Part shown: piece after piece, positions 49,088 to 59,442 of the stretch
Layout: every line of letters starts with the position of its first letter
Position numbering within the stretch: position 1 is the first letter of the stretch
NCBI GenBank assembly: GCA_022566215.1
Contig: JADFJJ010000004.1
Span: 283 to 64,282, forward strand
Direction of reading: 5' to 3'
DNA length: 64,000 bases
Source of the DNA: Pseudomonadota bacterium
GTDB lineage: Bacteria > Pseudomonadota > Alphaproteobacteria > Sphingomonadales > SMXR01
The notes under the pieces: model-generated
Seen by the model: only the letters and a program-made list of their open reading frames with translations
Told to the model about the DNA's origin: nothing
Database searches by the model: none
Position numbers and translations under genes: made by a program

Positions 49088-49858
49088 TTAAGCTTTTTTG
49101 GTCAAAGCGTAAAAGCGGTAGACGCTTACCGGAACCGACAGGATATAAAACAGGCCGGCGATGATCAGCATCTGCCACCCGTAAGCGGTCACCGAGGCCG
49201 CGAACAGGCCGAACAAAAGCAGGGTGTAAACCAGATAATCTTTCCGGATCATCAGCGTCCTGAACGCGTAGGTTGGAAATTTGGAAATCATGCCGAAGCA
49301 AATCGCCGCACTGTAAAGGCCGACAAATTCAGGATTGGTATAAAACCCCTGGCCATATTCGCTGGCCGCCATCACCGGCAGCAGTGCCAATCCGGCCGCC
49401 ACCGGAGCTGGCAGCCCGGTCAGAAAACCGGCTTTTTTTCTCGGTTCGTCATCAACATCCAGGTTGGAATTATAGCGCGCCAGGCGCAATGCGCAGCAAA
49501 TGGTAAAGGCCAGCGCAATCACCCAGCCCAGGCCGCCCAGCGCCTGGATGCTCCACATGTACAAAAGAACCCCGGGCGCGACCCCGAAGGCGACCACGTC
49601 GGAGAGTGAATCCAGCTCAGCCCCGAACCGTGAGGTGCTTTTCAAAAGCCGCGCCACCGAGCCGTCCATGCCGTCCAGCACCCCGGCGATAACAATCGCC
49701 AGCACCGCGGCATCCCAGCGCTCTTCCATGGCAAACCGGATCGCGGTGGCGCCGACGCTAAGCGCCAGGATGGTGATCATGTTGGGCAGAATGCTCTTGG
49801 CGCCGAAGTGCTTCAGCTTCCGGTCCCGGTTCTTCCATTTGTTGTTCAGTGGTGTCAT
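49088..49858 (-). CDS. pssA: CDP-diacylglycerol-serine O-phosphatidyltransferase
   Basis: CDP-alcohol phosphatidyltransferase motif DGMDGSVARLLKSTSRFGAELDSLSDVV. Start at ATG 49858 (MTPLNN...), not the ORF-track 49996. Confidence 0.9.
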   Translation of the reverse strand: MTPLNNKWKNRDRKLKHFGAKSILPNMITILALSVGATAIRFAMEERWDAAVLAIVIAGVLDGMDGSVARLLKSTSRFGAELDSLSDVVAFGVAPGVLLYMWSIQALGGLGWVIALAFTICCALRLARYNSNLDVDDEPRKKAGFLTGLPAPVAAGLALLPVMAASEYGQGFYTNPEFVGLYSAAICFGMISKFPTYAFRTLMIRKDYLVYTLLLFGLFAASVTAYGWQMLIIAGLFYILSVPVSVYRFYALTKKA

Positions 49859-49871
49859 GCCCCCTGCCCTG

Positions 49872-50564
49872 TCAGGATCTCGAGCCCGGGCGGCGCGGCT
49901 CACCCGCCCGGCTGTCCGCCAGCACCGTTTCCCCGGCGATGGTGGTTTGACCGATCTCAACCAAAGGCTCCACCCCCTTCGGCAAATAGACATCAACCCG
50001 GCTGCCGAAGCGGATCAGGCCGAACCGCTCGCCCGGCGTTACCGTCTGGCCTTCGTCAAGATAGCAGACAATCCTCCTGGCGATCAAACCGGCGATCTGG
50101 ACAAAGGCGATTTCACCTCCCCTTACAGTCTTCATGGCCACCAGCTGGCGCTCGTTGTCTTCCGAAGCCTTGTCCAGGGAAGCATTAAAAAATTTTCCCG
50201 GAAGGTACGCCAGCCTGGTAATTTTACCAGCGATGGGTATGCGGTTGATGTGGACATTAAAAACGTTCATGAAAATCGAGACCCGCCACACCGCGGGACC
50301 TTTCTTTTTTAGCTGCTCCGGCCAAGGCAGTTTCTCAAGCGCACAAATGACCCCGTCGGCGGGCGCGATCACCAGCCCTTCGCGCTCCGGGGTGACCCGC
50401 CCGGGATCACGGAAAAAATATCCGCACCAGAGCGTCAGCACCACCCCGATCCAGCCGAGAATGGGAGAGAGCAGGAAAAACAGCAGGGTCGCCCCGCCAA
50501 ACATCAAAACAAAACGCCGCCCTTCCGGGTGGATCGGGGGAATATTTTTCAGAAATTCGTTCAT
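49872..50564 (-). CDS. psd: phosphatidylserine decarboxylase (short form)
   Basis: 230 aa with a [10 protein letters not shown] self-cleavage (G-S) region. Upstream of pssA. Confidence 0.9.
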   Translation of the reverse strand: MNEFLKNIPPIHPEGRRFVLMFGGATLLFFLLSPILGWIGVVLTLWCGYFFRDPGRVTPEREGLVIAPADGVICALEKLPWPEQLKKKGPAVWRVSIFMNVFNVHINRIPIAGKITRLAYLPGKFFNASLDKASEDNERQLVAMKTVRGGEIAFVQIAGLIARRIVCYLDEGQTVTPGERFGLIRFGSRVDVYLPKGVEPLVEIGQTTIAGETVLADSRAGEPRRPGSRS

Positions 50565-50721
50565 CTTATCTTGCGCCTGTAATTTGTGAACCGTGTCATA
50601 TCAGGGGTTTTGCCCCGCGCCAAGCAATAAGCGAAGGGATTTGTCATTTTTCACTTGAGAGGGCTGGGCGCACCCTTTATGAAAGCGGACACAAATTGGT
50701 AAATCCATTCAAGGGAAGATC

Positions 50722-51933
50722 ATGTCGAAAATAACAGTGAAAAATCCGGTGGTCGAGCTCGATGGCGATGAAATGACCCGTATTATCTGGAAGTGGATCA
50801 GGGAGCGGCTGATCTTGCCCTATCTCGATATCGACCTTAAATACTACGATCTTTCGATTGAGAGCCGCGACCAGAGCGATGACCAGATCACCGTTGACGC
50901 GGCCGAGGCGATCAAAAAGTTCGGCGTCGGGATCAAGTGCGCGACCATTACTCCCGACGAGGCCCGGGTCGAGGAATTCGGCCTCAAGAAAATGTGGCGC
51001 TCGCCCAACGGCACGATCAGGAACATCCTGGGGGGAACGGTGTTCAGGGAGCCGATTATCTGCAAGAACATTCCGCGCCTGGTGCCCGGCTGGACCAAGC
51101 CGATCGTGATCGGCCGTCACGCTTTCGGCGACCAGTATCGGGCGACCGATTTTATCATCCCCGGCAAGGGCAAGCTGACCATTACCTTTGAGCCCGAGGA
51201 CGGTGGCGAGACGATCAGCCATGAGGTGTTCGATTTTCCCGGCAGCGGAGTGGCGATGGCCATGTACAATCTCGACGCCTCGATCCGCGGCTTTGCCCGC
51301 TCCTGCCTTGCTTATGGGCTGGAGCGCGGCTTACCGGTTTATCTTTCCACCAAAAACACCATCCTCAAGGCCTACGACGGGCGCTTCAAGGACCTGTTCC
51401 AGGAAATTTTTGACAAGGAATTCAAGGCCGATTTTGAAAAAGCCGGGATCGGCTACGAGCACCGCCTGATCGACGACATGGTGGCCGCCGCCATGAAATG
51501 GGAGGGCGGGTTCCTGTGGGCCTGTAAAAACTACGACGGCGACGTCCAGTCCGACACCATCGCCCAAGGGTTCGGCTCGCTCGGCCTGATGACCTCGATC
51601 CTCATGACCCCGGACGGCACAATCGAATCGGAAGCCGCCCACGGCACCGTGACCAGGCACTACCGGATGCACCAGAAGGGCCAGCCGACCTCGACCAACC
51701 CGATCGCCTCGATCTTCGCCTGGACCGGGGGAATTAAAAAGCGCGGGGTTATCGATGGAACGCCGGAGGTGACAAAATTCGCCAAGACGCTTGAAAATGT
51801 GTGCGTCGAGACGGTCGAAGGCGGGTTCATGACCAAGGACCTGGCGCTGCTGGTCGGCCCCAAGCAGAACTGGATGACCACCGAACAGTTTTTCGCAAAA
51901 ATCGTCGAAAATTTAGAGAAGGCGATGGCCTAG
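50722..51933 (+). CDS. icd: NADP-dependent isocitrate dehydrogenase (about 400-aa homodimeric type)
   Basis: 403 aa: [22 protein letters not shown]..., NYDGDVQSD. Confidence 0.95.
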   Translation: MSKITVKNPVVELDGDEMTRIIWKWIRERLILPYLDIDLKYYDLSIESRDQSDDQITVDAAEAIKKFGVGIKCATITPDEARVEEFGLKKMWRSPNGTIRNILGGTVFREPIICKNIPRLVPGWTKPIVIGRHAFGDQYRATDFIIPGKGKLTITFEPEDGGETISHEVFDFPGSGVAMAMYNLDASIRGFARSCLAYGLERGLPVYLSTKNTILKAYDGRFKDLFQEIFDKEFKADFEKAGIGYEHRLIDDMVAAAMKWEGGFLWACKNYDGDVQSDTIAQGFGSLGLMTSILMTPDGTIESEAAHGTVTRHYRMHQKGQPTSTNPIASIFAWTGGIKKRGVIDGTPEVTKFAKTLENVCVETVEGGFMTKDLALLVGPKQNWMTTEQFFAKIVENLEKAMA

Positions 51934-51942
51934 GTTATGTTA

Positions 51943-52073
51943 CCACCCTCACCCTACCCTCTCCCGTCAAGGGAGAGGGGACTGTAGTGGGCGCTTCTTA
52001 AACTCCCTCTCCCCTTCCGCCGTCGCCGAAGGCTATGGCGGACAGGCCGAGGGAGAGGGTTGGGGTGAGGGGG
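51943..52073. repeat. 131-bp nested palindromic repeat (CCACCCTCACCC..CCCTCTCCC / GGGAGAGGG family) filling the icd/alaS convergent spacer
   Basis: The outer arms 51943-51965 and 52051-52073 are about 20/23 complementary. An inner hairpin CCCTCTCCC-GTCAA-GGGAGAGGG lies at 51957-51979, with a second CCCTCTCCCC...GGGAGAGGG unit. It ends at the alaS stop. Confidence 0.8.
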
Positions 52074-54722
52074 TTAATTCAAAAGACTTTTTAGCTGTTT
52101 TTCGATCGCCTTGAGGGCGTCATCAGCTTTGCCGCCAACGGGACCCCCGGCTTGGGCCATGTCGGGACGCCCGCCCCCGCCCTTGCCGCCCAGCACTTCC
52201 GCGCCAAGACGAACCAGATCGACCGCATTCAGTTTTTCAGTCAGGTCTTCAGTAACCGCGACCAACAGGGAAGCCTTGCCGTCATTGACCGTCACCAAAG
52301 CCACCACGCCTGACCCGATCTGTTGCTTGGCCTGATCCGCAATTGAACGAAGATCGCCGGCGGGAATATCGCTTAAGACCTCAGCGATGAAGGATACCCG
52401 GCCGATTTTCTTGATCTTCGGGGCCGCCTTAGCGCTTCCCCCCAGGGCAATTTTTTTCCTGGCATCGGCAAGGCCGTGGGCCAGATGGTTTCTCTCTTTC
52501 ACCAGACTGGCTACCCGTCCGGTCACCTCCCCCGGCGAGGATTTCAAAATTCCAGCAGTCTCCCGCAAGTTTGCCTCATACCCCAGCATAACCTGCCGCG
52601 CGGCTTCGCCGGTCAGCCCTTCGAGGCGCCTAACCCCGGCGGCGATGGCGCTCTCACCAGTAATTTTAAATAAGGCGATATCACCGGTGCGGGTCACATG
52701 GGTGCCGCCGCACAGCTCGACCGAATAGTCATCGCCGTCCTCCAGACCCATCGAGACCACCCGCACCTCTTCACCGTATTTTTCACCAAAGAGAGCCATT
52801 GCGCCCTTTTTGATGGCGTCTTCCGGGGTCATCAGGTGGGTCGCAACCGCCCCGTTCTGGCGGATCATGGCATTTACATCAGCTGCAATTTCCTTAATTT
52901 CATCTTTGGTAATTTGTTTCGGGTGCGAAATATCAAAGCGCAAATGGTGTCCGTCCACCAGCGAGCCTTTTTGTGTCACGTGATCGCCCAGGGTTTTTCT
53001 CAACGCCTTGTGCAGGAGGTGGGTGGCCGAATGGTTGGCGCGGATTTTAAGGCGCCGACCGTGATCGACACTGAGGTGAACCACCGCCCCGACAGCAAGG
53101 TCGCCGCCTTCAATTTTTCCATAATGCGCCAGCACCCCGCCGAACTTTTTCCCGGTGTCGGTGATCTTGATTTTAATCTTCCCCGAGGTCATCAAACCGG
53201 TATCGCCGACCTGCCCGCCCGACTCGCCGTAGAACGGCGACTGGTTAACAATGACCACCGTCTCGGCGCCAACTTTGGCCTTTTTTACACGCTTGCCCGC
53301 GACCACCAGGGCGACCACCCTGGCCTCGGCTTGCTCGCTCTCATAACCGAGAAATTCGCTGGCGCCGACTTGTTCATGGAGGTCGAACCAGATCTCTTCG
53401 GTTTCCTTCTCGCCCGAGCCTTTCCAGGCCGCGCGCGCCTGCGCTTTCTGCTTATCCATGGCGGCGTTGAAGGCTTTCACATCCACTTCTATGCCCTCGG
53501 GTTTCAGCGCATCCTGGGTCAGATCGAGGGGAAAGCCGAAGGTGTCATAAAGTTTGAAGGCCGCTTCGCCGGGAAAGGTTTTGGCAAGCCCCAAGCCCTT
53601 TCTTTCCTTGGCCAGCAATTTGAGGCCGCGCTCGAGCATGCTGCGGAAACGCCCCTCTTCCAGTTTCAGGGTCTCGGTAATCAGCGCCCTGGCGCGGGAA
53701 AGTTCCGGATAAGCCGGAGCCATTTCCGTGATCAGGACCGGCGCCAGCTTATAGAGCAAAAGGTCCTGGGCGCCGAGAATGCTGGCGTGGCGCATGGCCC
53801 GGCGCATGATCCGCCTCAACACATAACCGCGCCCTTCGTTGGCCGGAAGCACGCCATCGGCAATCAGGAACGAGGTGGCGCGAAGATGGTCGGCGATCAC
53901 CCGGTGCGAGGCCCGGGCTTTGCCGGTGGCCGCCACTCCGGTCTCGGCAACCGAGGCCTCGATCAGGGCGCGGAAGATATCGATCTGATAGTTGTCGTGG
54001 GTGCCCTGGAGCACCGCGGCGATCCGCTCCAGCCCCATGCCGGTGTCGATCGAAGGTTTGGGCAGGTCGTTGCGGGTCTCCTTGTCGACCTGCTCGTACT
54101 GCATAAAGACCAGGTTCCAGATCTCGACGAAGCGGTCTCCCTCCTGGTTTTTAGAGCCCGGCGGACCGCCTTCCAGCCCCTCCCCGTGGTCGTAGAAAAT
54201 TTCCGAACAGGGGCCGCACGGACCGGTCTCGCCCATCGCCCAGAAGTTGTCGTGGGTGTTGATCCTGATGATGCGCCGCTCCGGCAGCCCGGAGATTTTT
54301 TTCCACAGGGCATAAGCCTCATCGTCCTGATGGTAAACCGTTGCGGTCAGTTTTTCAGGGGCCAGGCCGAATTCTTTGGTGAGCAGCTCCCAGGCATAAA
54401 AAATCGCCTGTTCCTTGAAGTAATCGCCGAACGAGAAATTGCCCAGCATCTCAAAAAAGGTGTGGTGGCGGGCGGTGTAGCCGACGTTGTCGAGGTCGTT
54501 GTGCTTGCCCCCGGCGCGTACGCATTTTTGCGACGAGGCGGCGGTCCGGTAGCGACGCTTTTCCAGGCCGGTGAAGAGATTTTTGAATTGCACCATGCCG
54601 GCGTTGGTGAACATCAGGGTCGGGTCGCCGGCCGGGACCAGCGAGGACGAAGCCACAAGCTCGTGCCCTTTCGCCTGGAAATAGCTCAGAAACCCTTTTC
54701 GAATGTCGTTAACGCTGGTCAT
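52074..54722 (-). CDS. alaS: alanine-tRNA ligase
   Basis: 882 aa with [18 protein letters not shown], the HSATHLLH editing domain and a DHHA1-like C-terminus. Confidence 0.97.
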   Translation of the reverse strand: MTSVNDIRKGFLSYFQAKGHELVASSSLVPAGDPTLMFTNAGMVQFKNLFTGLEKRRYRTAASSQKCVRAGGKHNDLDNVGYTARHHTFFEMLGNFSFGDYFKEQAIFYAWELLTKEFGLAPEKLTATVYHQDDEAYALWKKISGLPERRIIRINTHDNFWAMGETGPCGPCSEIFYDHGEGLEGGPPGSKNQEGDRFVEIWNLVFMQYEQVDKETRNDLPKPSIDTGMGLERIAAVLQGTHDNYQIDIFRALIEASVAETGVAATGKARASHRVIADHLRATSFLIADGVLPANEGRGYVLRRIMRRAMRHASILGAQDLLLYKLAPVLITEMAPAYPELSRARALITETLKLEEGRFRSMLERGLKLLAKERKGLGLAKTFPGEAAFKLYDTFGFPLDLTQDALKPEGIEVDVKAFNAAMDKQKAQARAAWKGSGEKETEEIWFDLHEQVGASEFLGYESEQAEARVVALVVAGKRVKKAKVGAETVVIVNQSPFYGESGGQVGDTGLMTSGKIKIKITDTGKKFGGVLAHYGKIEGGDLAVGAVVHLSVDHGRRLKIRANHSATHLLHKALRKTLGDHVTQKGSLVDGHHLRFDISHPKQITKDEIKEIAADVNAMIRQNGAVATHLMTPEDAIKKGAMALFGEKYGEEVRVVSMGLEDGDDYSVELCGGTHVTRTGDIALFKITGESAIAAGVRRLEGLTGEAARQVMLGYEANLRETAGILKSSPGEVTGRVASLVKERNHLAHGLADARKKIALGGSAKAAPKIKKIGRVSFIAEVLSDIPAGDLRSIADQAKQQIGSGVVALVTVNDGKASLLVAVTEDLTEKLNAVDLVRLGAEVLGGKGGGGRPDMAQAGGPVGGKADDALKAIEKQLKSLLN

Positions 54723-54854
54723 GTTTTATGGAAATCCCCCGCCGGTTTGTTATTAGCTCAACGCTGTTCCGGTTTTACAGGGGGGATATGCCGGTGTCCA
54801 GTTCTGGTGAGGCAATGTTTAAATTATTTAGGTATCGTTAAGCATCGTTTCATT

Positions 54855-55024
54855 CCACCCTCACCCCACCCCTCTCCCCTTCCTCCTTCGCACAAGGCTT
54901 CGGCGGACTACGCAAGGGAGAGGGGGCTGTAAAAAGTCCTCTCCCCTTCCGCCGCCGCTACCTGGCTCCGCCGGAGGCTACGCCGAGGCGAGTAGCTATG
55001 GCGGACAAGCAAAGGAAAGGGGGA
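54855..55024. repeat. two further units of the CCACCCTCACCC/CCTCTCCCC...GGGAGAGGG repeat family
   Basis: CCACCCTCACCCCACCCCTCTCCCC (54855-54879) is in the same orientation as 51943-51965. The shared inner segment is CCTCTCCCCTTCC...GGCGGAC...GGGAGAGGG. Confidence 0.75.
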
Positions 55025-55036
55025 TAGTTAAAGTTT

Positions 55037-55189
55037 GTCATATCCGCCCTAGTGCGGGTATCCGGCCTGACAGTAGGCAGATGCCAGTGAGCAGTTATAG
55101 GGAAAGGACAGAAATTTCAAGTTTAACTAACAACTGTGTTCTGTCCTCTGGCAGCTTAAGACCGGATGCCCGAATAAATCGGGCATGAC
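55037..55189. repeat. two GTCAT-type hairpin repeats bracketing about 96 nt of unique sequence
   Basis: 55037-55065 resembles 17414-17442. 55162-55189 (CCGGATGCCCGAATAAATCGGGCATGAC) is identical to 17373-17400. Confidence 0.8.
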
Positions 55190-55198
55190 AAATAAAAA

Positions 55199-55235
55199 TC
55201 CTCTCCCTTCCGAGGGAGAGGATTTAGGTGGGGGT
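55199..55235. repeat. short unit of the GGGAGAGG hairpin family
   Basis: TCCTCTCCC-TTCCGA-GGGAGAGGA followed by TTTAGGTGGGGGT. Confidence 0.7.
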
Positions 55236-55284
55236 AAAAACTGATACTAATTCCCCGTTTATCCAATTTTTCACCCTTAACAAG

Positions 55285-55318
55285 AAAAAAGCGGCGCCGG
55301 GGAAGGCGCCGCTTTTTG
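55285..55318 (-). terminator. rho-independent (bidirectional-looking) terminator downstream of recA
   Basis: A6-GCGGCGCC-GGGGAA-GGCGCCGC-T5. On the minus strand the stem is followed by a U-run. Confidence 0.7.
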
Positions 55319-55361
55319 GAGGGGTTAGAGAGCGGGGTATCCGGGGTTGCGATAAGCGGAT

Positions 55362-56468
55362 TTAACCCTCTTTCGCCGCCGTGGGGGTTTTTTCACTATC
55401 CTGGTTTGACGGGGCATCCTTGTCACCGGTCATCAGCGACTCGCCAACCACCCCGGCGTTCTTGCGGATCGCACTTTCAATGGTTTCGGCAATCTCGGGA
55501 TTTTCCATCAGGAATTTCTTGGCGTTCTCGCGGCCCTGACCGATCCGCTGGCTGTCGTAGGAATACCAGGAGCCGGATTTCTCGATCAGCTCGGCCTTGA
55601 CCCCGAGGTCGACCAGCTCGCCTTCCCGGGAAATGCCCTTGCCGTACATGATGTCGAACTCGACCTTCCTGAAGGGCGGCGCCAGTTTGTTCTTGACCAC
55701 CTTGACCCGGGTCGCGTTACCGACAATCTCGTCGCCCTCCTTGATCTGGCCGATGCGCCGGATATCAAGCCTGACCGAAGCATAAAACTTCAGCGCGTTG
55801 CCGCCGCTGGTGGTCTCGGGATTGCCGTACAAGACGCCGATTTTCATGCGGATCTGGTTGATGAAAATCACCATGCACCCGGATTTGGAAATATGGGCGG
55901 TCAACTTGCGCAGGGCCTGGCTCATCAGCCGCGCCTGCAGGCCGACGTGGATGTCGCCCATCTCGCCCTCAATTTCGGCTCTGGGGGTCAGCGCCGCAAC
56001 GCTGTCGATTACCAGAACGTCGACCGCGCCCGAGCGCACCAGGGTATCGGTGATCTCGAGCGCCTGTTCGCCGGTGTCGGGCTGGGAGATCAGAAGCTCG
56101 TTGACGTCAACCCCGAGCTTTTTGGCATAGATCGGGTCGAGCGCGTGTTCGGCGTCGATAAAAGCGGCGATCCCGCCCCTTTTCTGGGCTTCGGCTATGA
56201 CATGGAGCGCGAGCGTGGTCTTGCCCGAACTCTCGGAACCGTAAATCTCGACCACCCGGCCCTTGGGCAGACCGCCGATACCGAGCGCGATATCCAGGCC
56301 GAGCGATCCGGAGGGTATGGTTTCCACCTCGATGGCGGCGCCGTCCTGGCCGAGGCGCATCACCGAGCCCTTGCCGTAAGCCCGCTCAATCTGGCTGAGT
56401 GCCGCTTCAAGCGCGCGCTGTTTGTCACTGCCGGTTTCTTTCACCACTCTCAAAGGCCCCGTTGTCAT
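55362..56468 (-). CDS. recA: recombinase RecA
   Basis: 368 aa with Walker [22 protein letters not shown] and the L1/L2 regions. Confidence 0.97.
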   Translation of the reverse strand: MTTGPLRVVKETGSDKQRALEAALSQIERAYGKGSVMRLGQDGAAIEVETIPSGSLGLDIALGIGGLPKGRVVEIYGSESSGKTTLALHVIAEAQKRGGIAAFIDAEHALDPIYAKKLGVDVNELLISQPDTGEQALEITDTLVRSGAVDVLVIDSVAALTPRAEIEGEMGDIHVGLQARLMSQALRKLTAHISKSGCMVIFINQIRMKIGVLYGNPETTSGGNALKFYASVRLDIRRIGQIKEGDEIVGNATRVKVVKNKLAPPFRKVEFDIMYGKGISREGELVDLGVKAELIEKSGSWYSYDSQRIGQGRENAKKFLMENPEIAETIESAIRKNAGVVGESLMTGDKDAPSNQDSEKTPTAAKEG

Positions 56469-56586
56469 TTCTGTCTCCCCTGGTTATTTCACAGGCTTCC
56501 AGCCGTTGCAATAGAATCTAGACTTCGACTGCTGACTGTTTTGTAAAACTTTTTGCCATCATCATTAATTTATTCCTGTCACGAAT

Positions 56587-56601
56587 GTACACGTTTTGTT
56601 C
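56587..56601. promoter_or_regulatory. candidate alphaproteobacterial SOS (LexA) box upstream of recA
   Basis: GTAC-ACGTTTT-GTTC matches the GTTC-N7-GTTC consensus with one mismatch, about 120 nt upstream of the recA start. Confidence 0.3.
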
Positions 56602-56659
56602 TCTTTTGCAAGCGAATTCTTCAAACGCTTGATTTTACGGTGTTTTTTATTGTTCTGAT

Positions 56660-56848
56660 CTAATATTGTCCAACCGTCAGGCGGTTTTCGACATCATAAG
56701 TGTAAGTCCATGTCTCATCACTCAGGAGATTGCCGGCATCGTCATAGGTCAGCCCGACCAGGATGCCGTCTATCGTGACGTCGGTGTACTGGTTGAGGCC
56801 GTTGGAGGAGTAGCTCTCGACTTTGCTGGCGGGAACCGAGTACTGGTA
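56660..56848 (-). pseudogene. orphan Rhs/YD-repeat protein fragment (no start codon, truncated at both ends)
   Basis: Own minus-strand translation: YQYSVPASKVESYSSNGLNQYTDVTIDGILVGLTYDDAGNLLSDETWTYTYDVENRLTVGQY*. It contains YDxxGNL and YxYDxxNRL YD-repeat signatures. The frame is open back to 56890 but has no ATG/GTG/TTG. Confidence 0.7.
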
Positions 56849-56877
56849 ATTAGAGCATATCGAGGGCGCTGTCGGCC

Positions 56878-59346
56878 TTACCCCTTCCCTTCATCGAGCA
56901 CGGTGCGGACTTTTTCGGCCAGCACCTGGAGCGAAAAGGGTTTCGGGATGAACGAAAAACGCTCGCGCTTGAGCCCCTTGTGAAAGCCAATTTCGGCATA
57001 GCCGGAGATCAGGATGATCTTGATCTCGGGGTATTTCCCGATCACTTTTCTGGCCAGCGTCGGCCCGTCCATCTGCGGCATCACCACGTCCGAGATCAAC
57101 AGGTCGATCGGCCCGGTGTAGCTTTCCAGAACCTCCAGCGCGGCCTCGCCGTTGTCCGCCTCGAGCACCTTGTAACCCTTGTTCTGGAGCGCCCGGCTGA
57201 CAAAGGTGCGGACCGGATCCTCGTCCTCGACAAACAGAATAACCTCGGTTCCGGTCAGGTCCCTGGGGACGGCGTCTTTCTCGGCCGGCTTGGTGGTTTC
57301 AACTTTTTCGGCGGGATCGAGCGCCGGAAAGAAAATATCAAAAGTCGAGCCCTCCCCTTGCTTGCTGTCGACAAAGATCGCGCCTCCGGTCTGGGTAATA
57401 ATGCCGTAGGCGGTGGACAGCCCGAGGCCGGTTCCCTTGCCCACCTCCTTGGTGGTGAAGAACGGCTCGAACACCTTGTCGAGGTGCTCTTTGGCGATCC
57501 CGGTGCCGGTATCCGAGACCATGATGCGGACGTAATCGTTTTCCTTGAGGCCGCTGCGGCCCAGTTTCGGGATGTCCCGGGCGGCGATGTTCTGGGTGGT
57601 GATGGTGAGCGTCCCGCCCTCCGGCATGGCGTCCCGGGCGTTGACCGCCAGGTTGACGATCACCTGTTCGAACTGGCTCTGGTCAGCGCGTATCTTCCTC
57701 AAATTCTTGGCGTTGGTCATACGGAGAGTAATCTTTTCCCCAATCAGGCGGCGGATCAGGTTGGTAAGGTCGGAAAGGATATCGGTCACGTCCAGCACCT
57801 TGGGGTGAAGCGCCTGGCGCCGGGAAAAGGCCAGCAGCTGGCGGATCAAATCGGCCGCCCGGTTGGCGTTCTGCTTGATCTGGATCAGGTCGGCGAACGA
57901 CTGGTCGCCAGCCTTGTGGCGCATCAAAAGAAGGTCGCAAAAACCGAGGATGGCGGTCAGCAGGTTGTTAAAGTCGTGCGCGACCCCGCCCGCCAGCTGG
58001 CCCACGGCTTGCATTTTTTGCGCCTGGACGAATTGCAGTTCAAGCCGTTTGGTCTCCGAGGTGTCGATCAGGTAAAGGATGCCGAGGCGCCGGTTGCCCC
58101 CCTTCAAGGGACTGAAAAAGGCCTGGATGACATCCTTGCCGGCGGCATCGAAGAAAAATTCCAGCGGAGTTTGCAGGTCCTTCCCCTGCTTCGCCGTCTT
58201 GACCTTTTGCTTCAGCGGCGCCTTGGTTTCCTTGGGCATAAAATCCGTCAGGATATCGCCTTTCAGAAGTGGTTTTTTGTTGTATTTGCCAAACAGGTCG
58301 ACACACGCCCGGTTGAGCTGTTCAACCCTGAAATCAAGAGTATCGACCACCGCGATGGCGATCGGCGCATCGGCGACATATTCAGCGAACTCTTTTGATC
58401 CGACCGGGGCGGCCTCGGCGCCCTCCTCGCCCAATTTCTGCACCAGGGCAAAGTAAAACTCGCTCTTCCCGTCCTCGGCCCCGGGGATATCGAGCCAGTC
58501 AACCGTCAGGTTTTTGGCGCGCAGCAGTTTGGCCGAAAAAACCTCTTCGGCGTCCTTGTTGTGGATCGCCTTGGGCTTGACCCCCAGCAACTCGGTGGCG
58601 AACGGATTGGCGTAGCGGATTCTTTTATTCTTGCCGGTAATAACCAGTCCCAGGCTGAAACGGTCAAGCAACGCCTGGAAGTGGTCTTCCATGTTGCCGA
58701 TCGCCGCCAGCGGGGTGGCCGAAACCCCGGCCTGGGCAAACGTCCACATGATAAAGGGGCCTTGCGGGCGGGCCGTGATCAGCGGGCTTGTCTGGTCTTT
58801 GCCGCCCTGCACCCTGAGGCTGGCGGAGTTACCCTCCAGGCTGGCTTTCAGAAGCATCCGGATGGTTTCCCCATAGATCCGGTCAAACAGCAGTTTCTTG
58901 ATTGAAGGGGATCTTCCCTTGAAAAAATCCTGGTATTTTTTGTTGGCCGACAGCAGCCGCCCTTCCCGGTCGCTGAGAACCGTCGCCTCGTCCATGTGGG
59001 CGAGCGCGGCAGCCATTATTTTCGGGTCCATACGGGTTACCTGGTCTTTGGCGCTGAGCATGAAAAAACCGATCGCAAGGACGGTGAAAAAGAGGATCAG
59101 CGAGACCACCGGGGTCGCCCCGGCGAGATTGCCGTCAACCAGATAAAAGCCGATCGTGGCCAGCGCCGTCAGCCCGCCGGCAAGCGCCACGCCAATGTAT
59201 TTTTCACTGCCGGTGATGGCCGTTTCAGGTTTCTGGAGGCCGCTGCCGAACCAGTATTCCCCGGCGGCGCCCATTTGCGTTTGGCCGGGGCGGCGGGCTG
59301 CCTCCGGGGGGGGTGAAATGTTTGTCTGGTCCATTGCTCGCGCCAC
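56878..59346 (-). CDS. hybrid sensor histidine kinase/response regulator (2 TM, PAS-like regions, HisKA-HATPase, C-terminal REC)
   Basis: H-box [18 protein letters not shown]-box VNARDAM, G1 DTGTGI, G2 GKGTGLGLS and [11 protein letters not shown]...[14 protein letters not shown]. The ORF-track start 59346 is GTG; ATG 59334 is an alternative. Confidence 0.9.
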   Translation of the reverse strand: MARAMDQTNISPPPEAARRPGQTQMGAAGEYWFGSGLQKPETAITGSEKYIGVALAGGLTALATIGFYLVDGNLAGATPVVSLILFFTVLAIGFFMLSAKDQVTRMDPKIMAAALAHMDEATVLSDREGRLLSANKKYQDFFKGRSPSIKKLLFDRIYGETIRMLLKASLEGNSASLRVQGGKDQTSPLITARPQGPFIMWTFAQAGVSATPLAAIGNMEDHFQALLDRFSLGLVITGKNKRIRYANPFATELLGVKPKAIHNKDAEEVFSAKLLRAKNLTVDWLDIPGAEDGKSEFYFALVQKLGEEGAEAAPVGSKEFAEYVADAPIAIAVVDTLDFRVEQLNRACVDLFGKYNKKPLLKGDILTDFMPKETKAPLKQKVKTAKQGKDLQTPLEFFFDAAGKDVIQAFFSPLKGGNRRLGILYLIDTSETKRLELQFVQAQKMQAVGQLAGGVAHDFNNLLTAILGFCDLLLMRHKAGDQSFADLIQIKQNANRAADLIRQLLAFSRRQALHPKVLDVTDILSDLTNLIRRLIGEKITLRMTNAKNLRKIRADQSQFEQVIVNLAVNARDAMPEGGTLTITTQNIAARDIPKLGRSGLKENDYVRIMVSDTGTGIAKEHLDKVFEPFFTTKEVGKGTGLGLSTAYGIITQTGGAIFVDSKQGEGSTFDIFFPALDPAEKVETTKPAEKDAVPRDLTGTEVILFVEDEDPVRTFVSRALQNKGYKVLEADNGEAALEVLESYTGPIDLLISDVVMPQMDGPTLARKVIGKYPEIKIILISGYAEIGFHKGLKRERFSFIPKPFSLQVLAEKVRTVLDEGKG

Positions 59347-59442
59347 AACCCTTTATTCCCGACCAGGCGACCGGGGGTTCGGTTCCGGGGGTTTATAGCA
59401 TGGCTGCGATGTCAGGAGAAGGCTTGTCGCTGGAAAAGGCGG

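Noticed and set aside
52698-54932. 744-aa ORF on the plus strand
   Set aside because: It is antisense to alaS. Composition is typical of a GC-rich shadow frame, and it extends into the repeat-filled spacer.
56666-56983. 105-aa plus-strand ORF between recA and the kinase
   Set aside because: No recognisable features, and it overlaps the kinase 3' end. The opposite strand of the same DNA gives clear YD-repeat (Rhs) signatures, which explains the open frames.
56980-58398. 472-aa ORF on the plus strand
   Set aside because: It is antisense to the hybrid histidine kinase, whose H, N, G1, G2 and REC motifs are all present on the minus strand.
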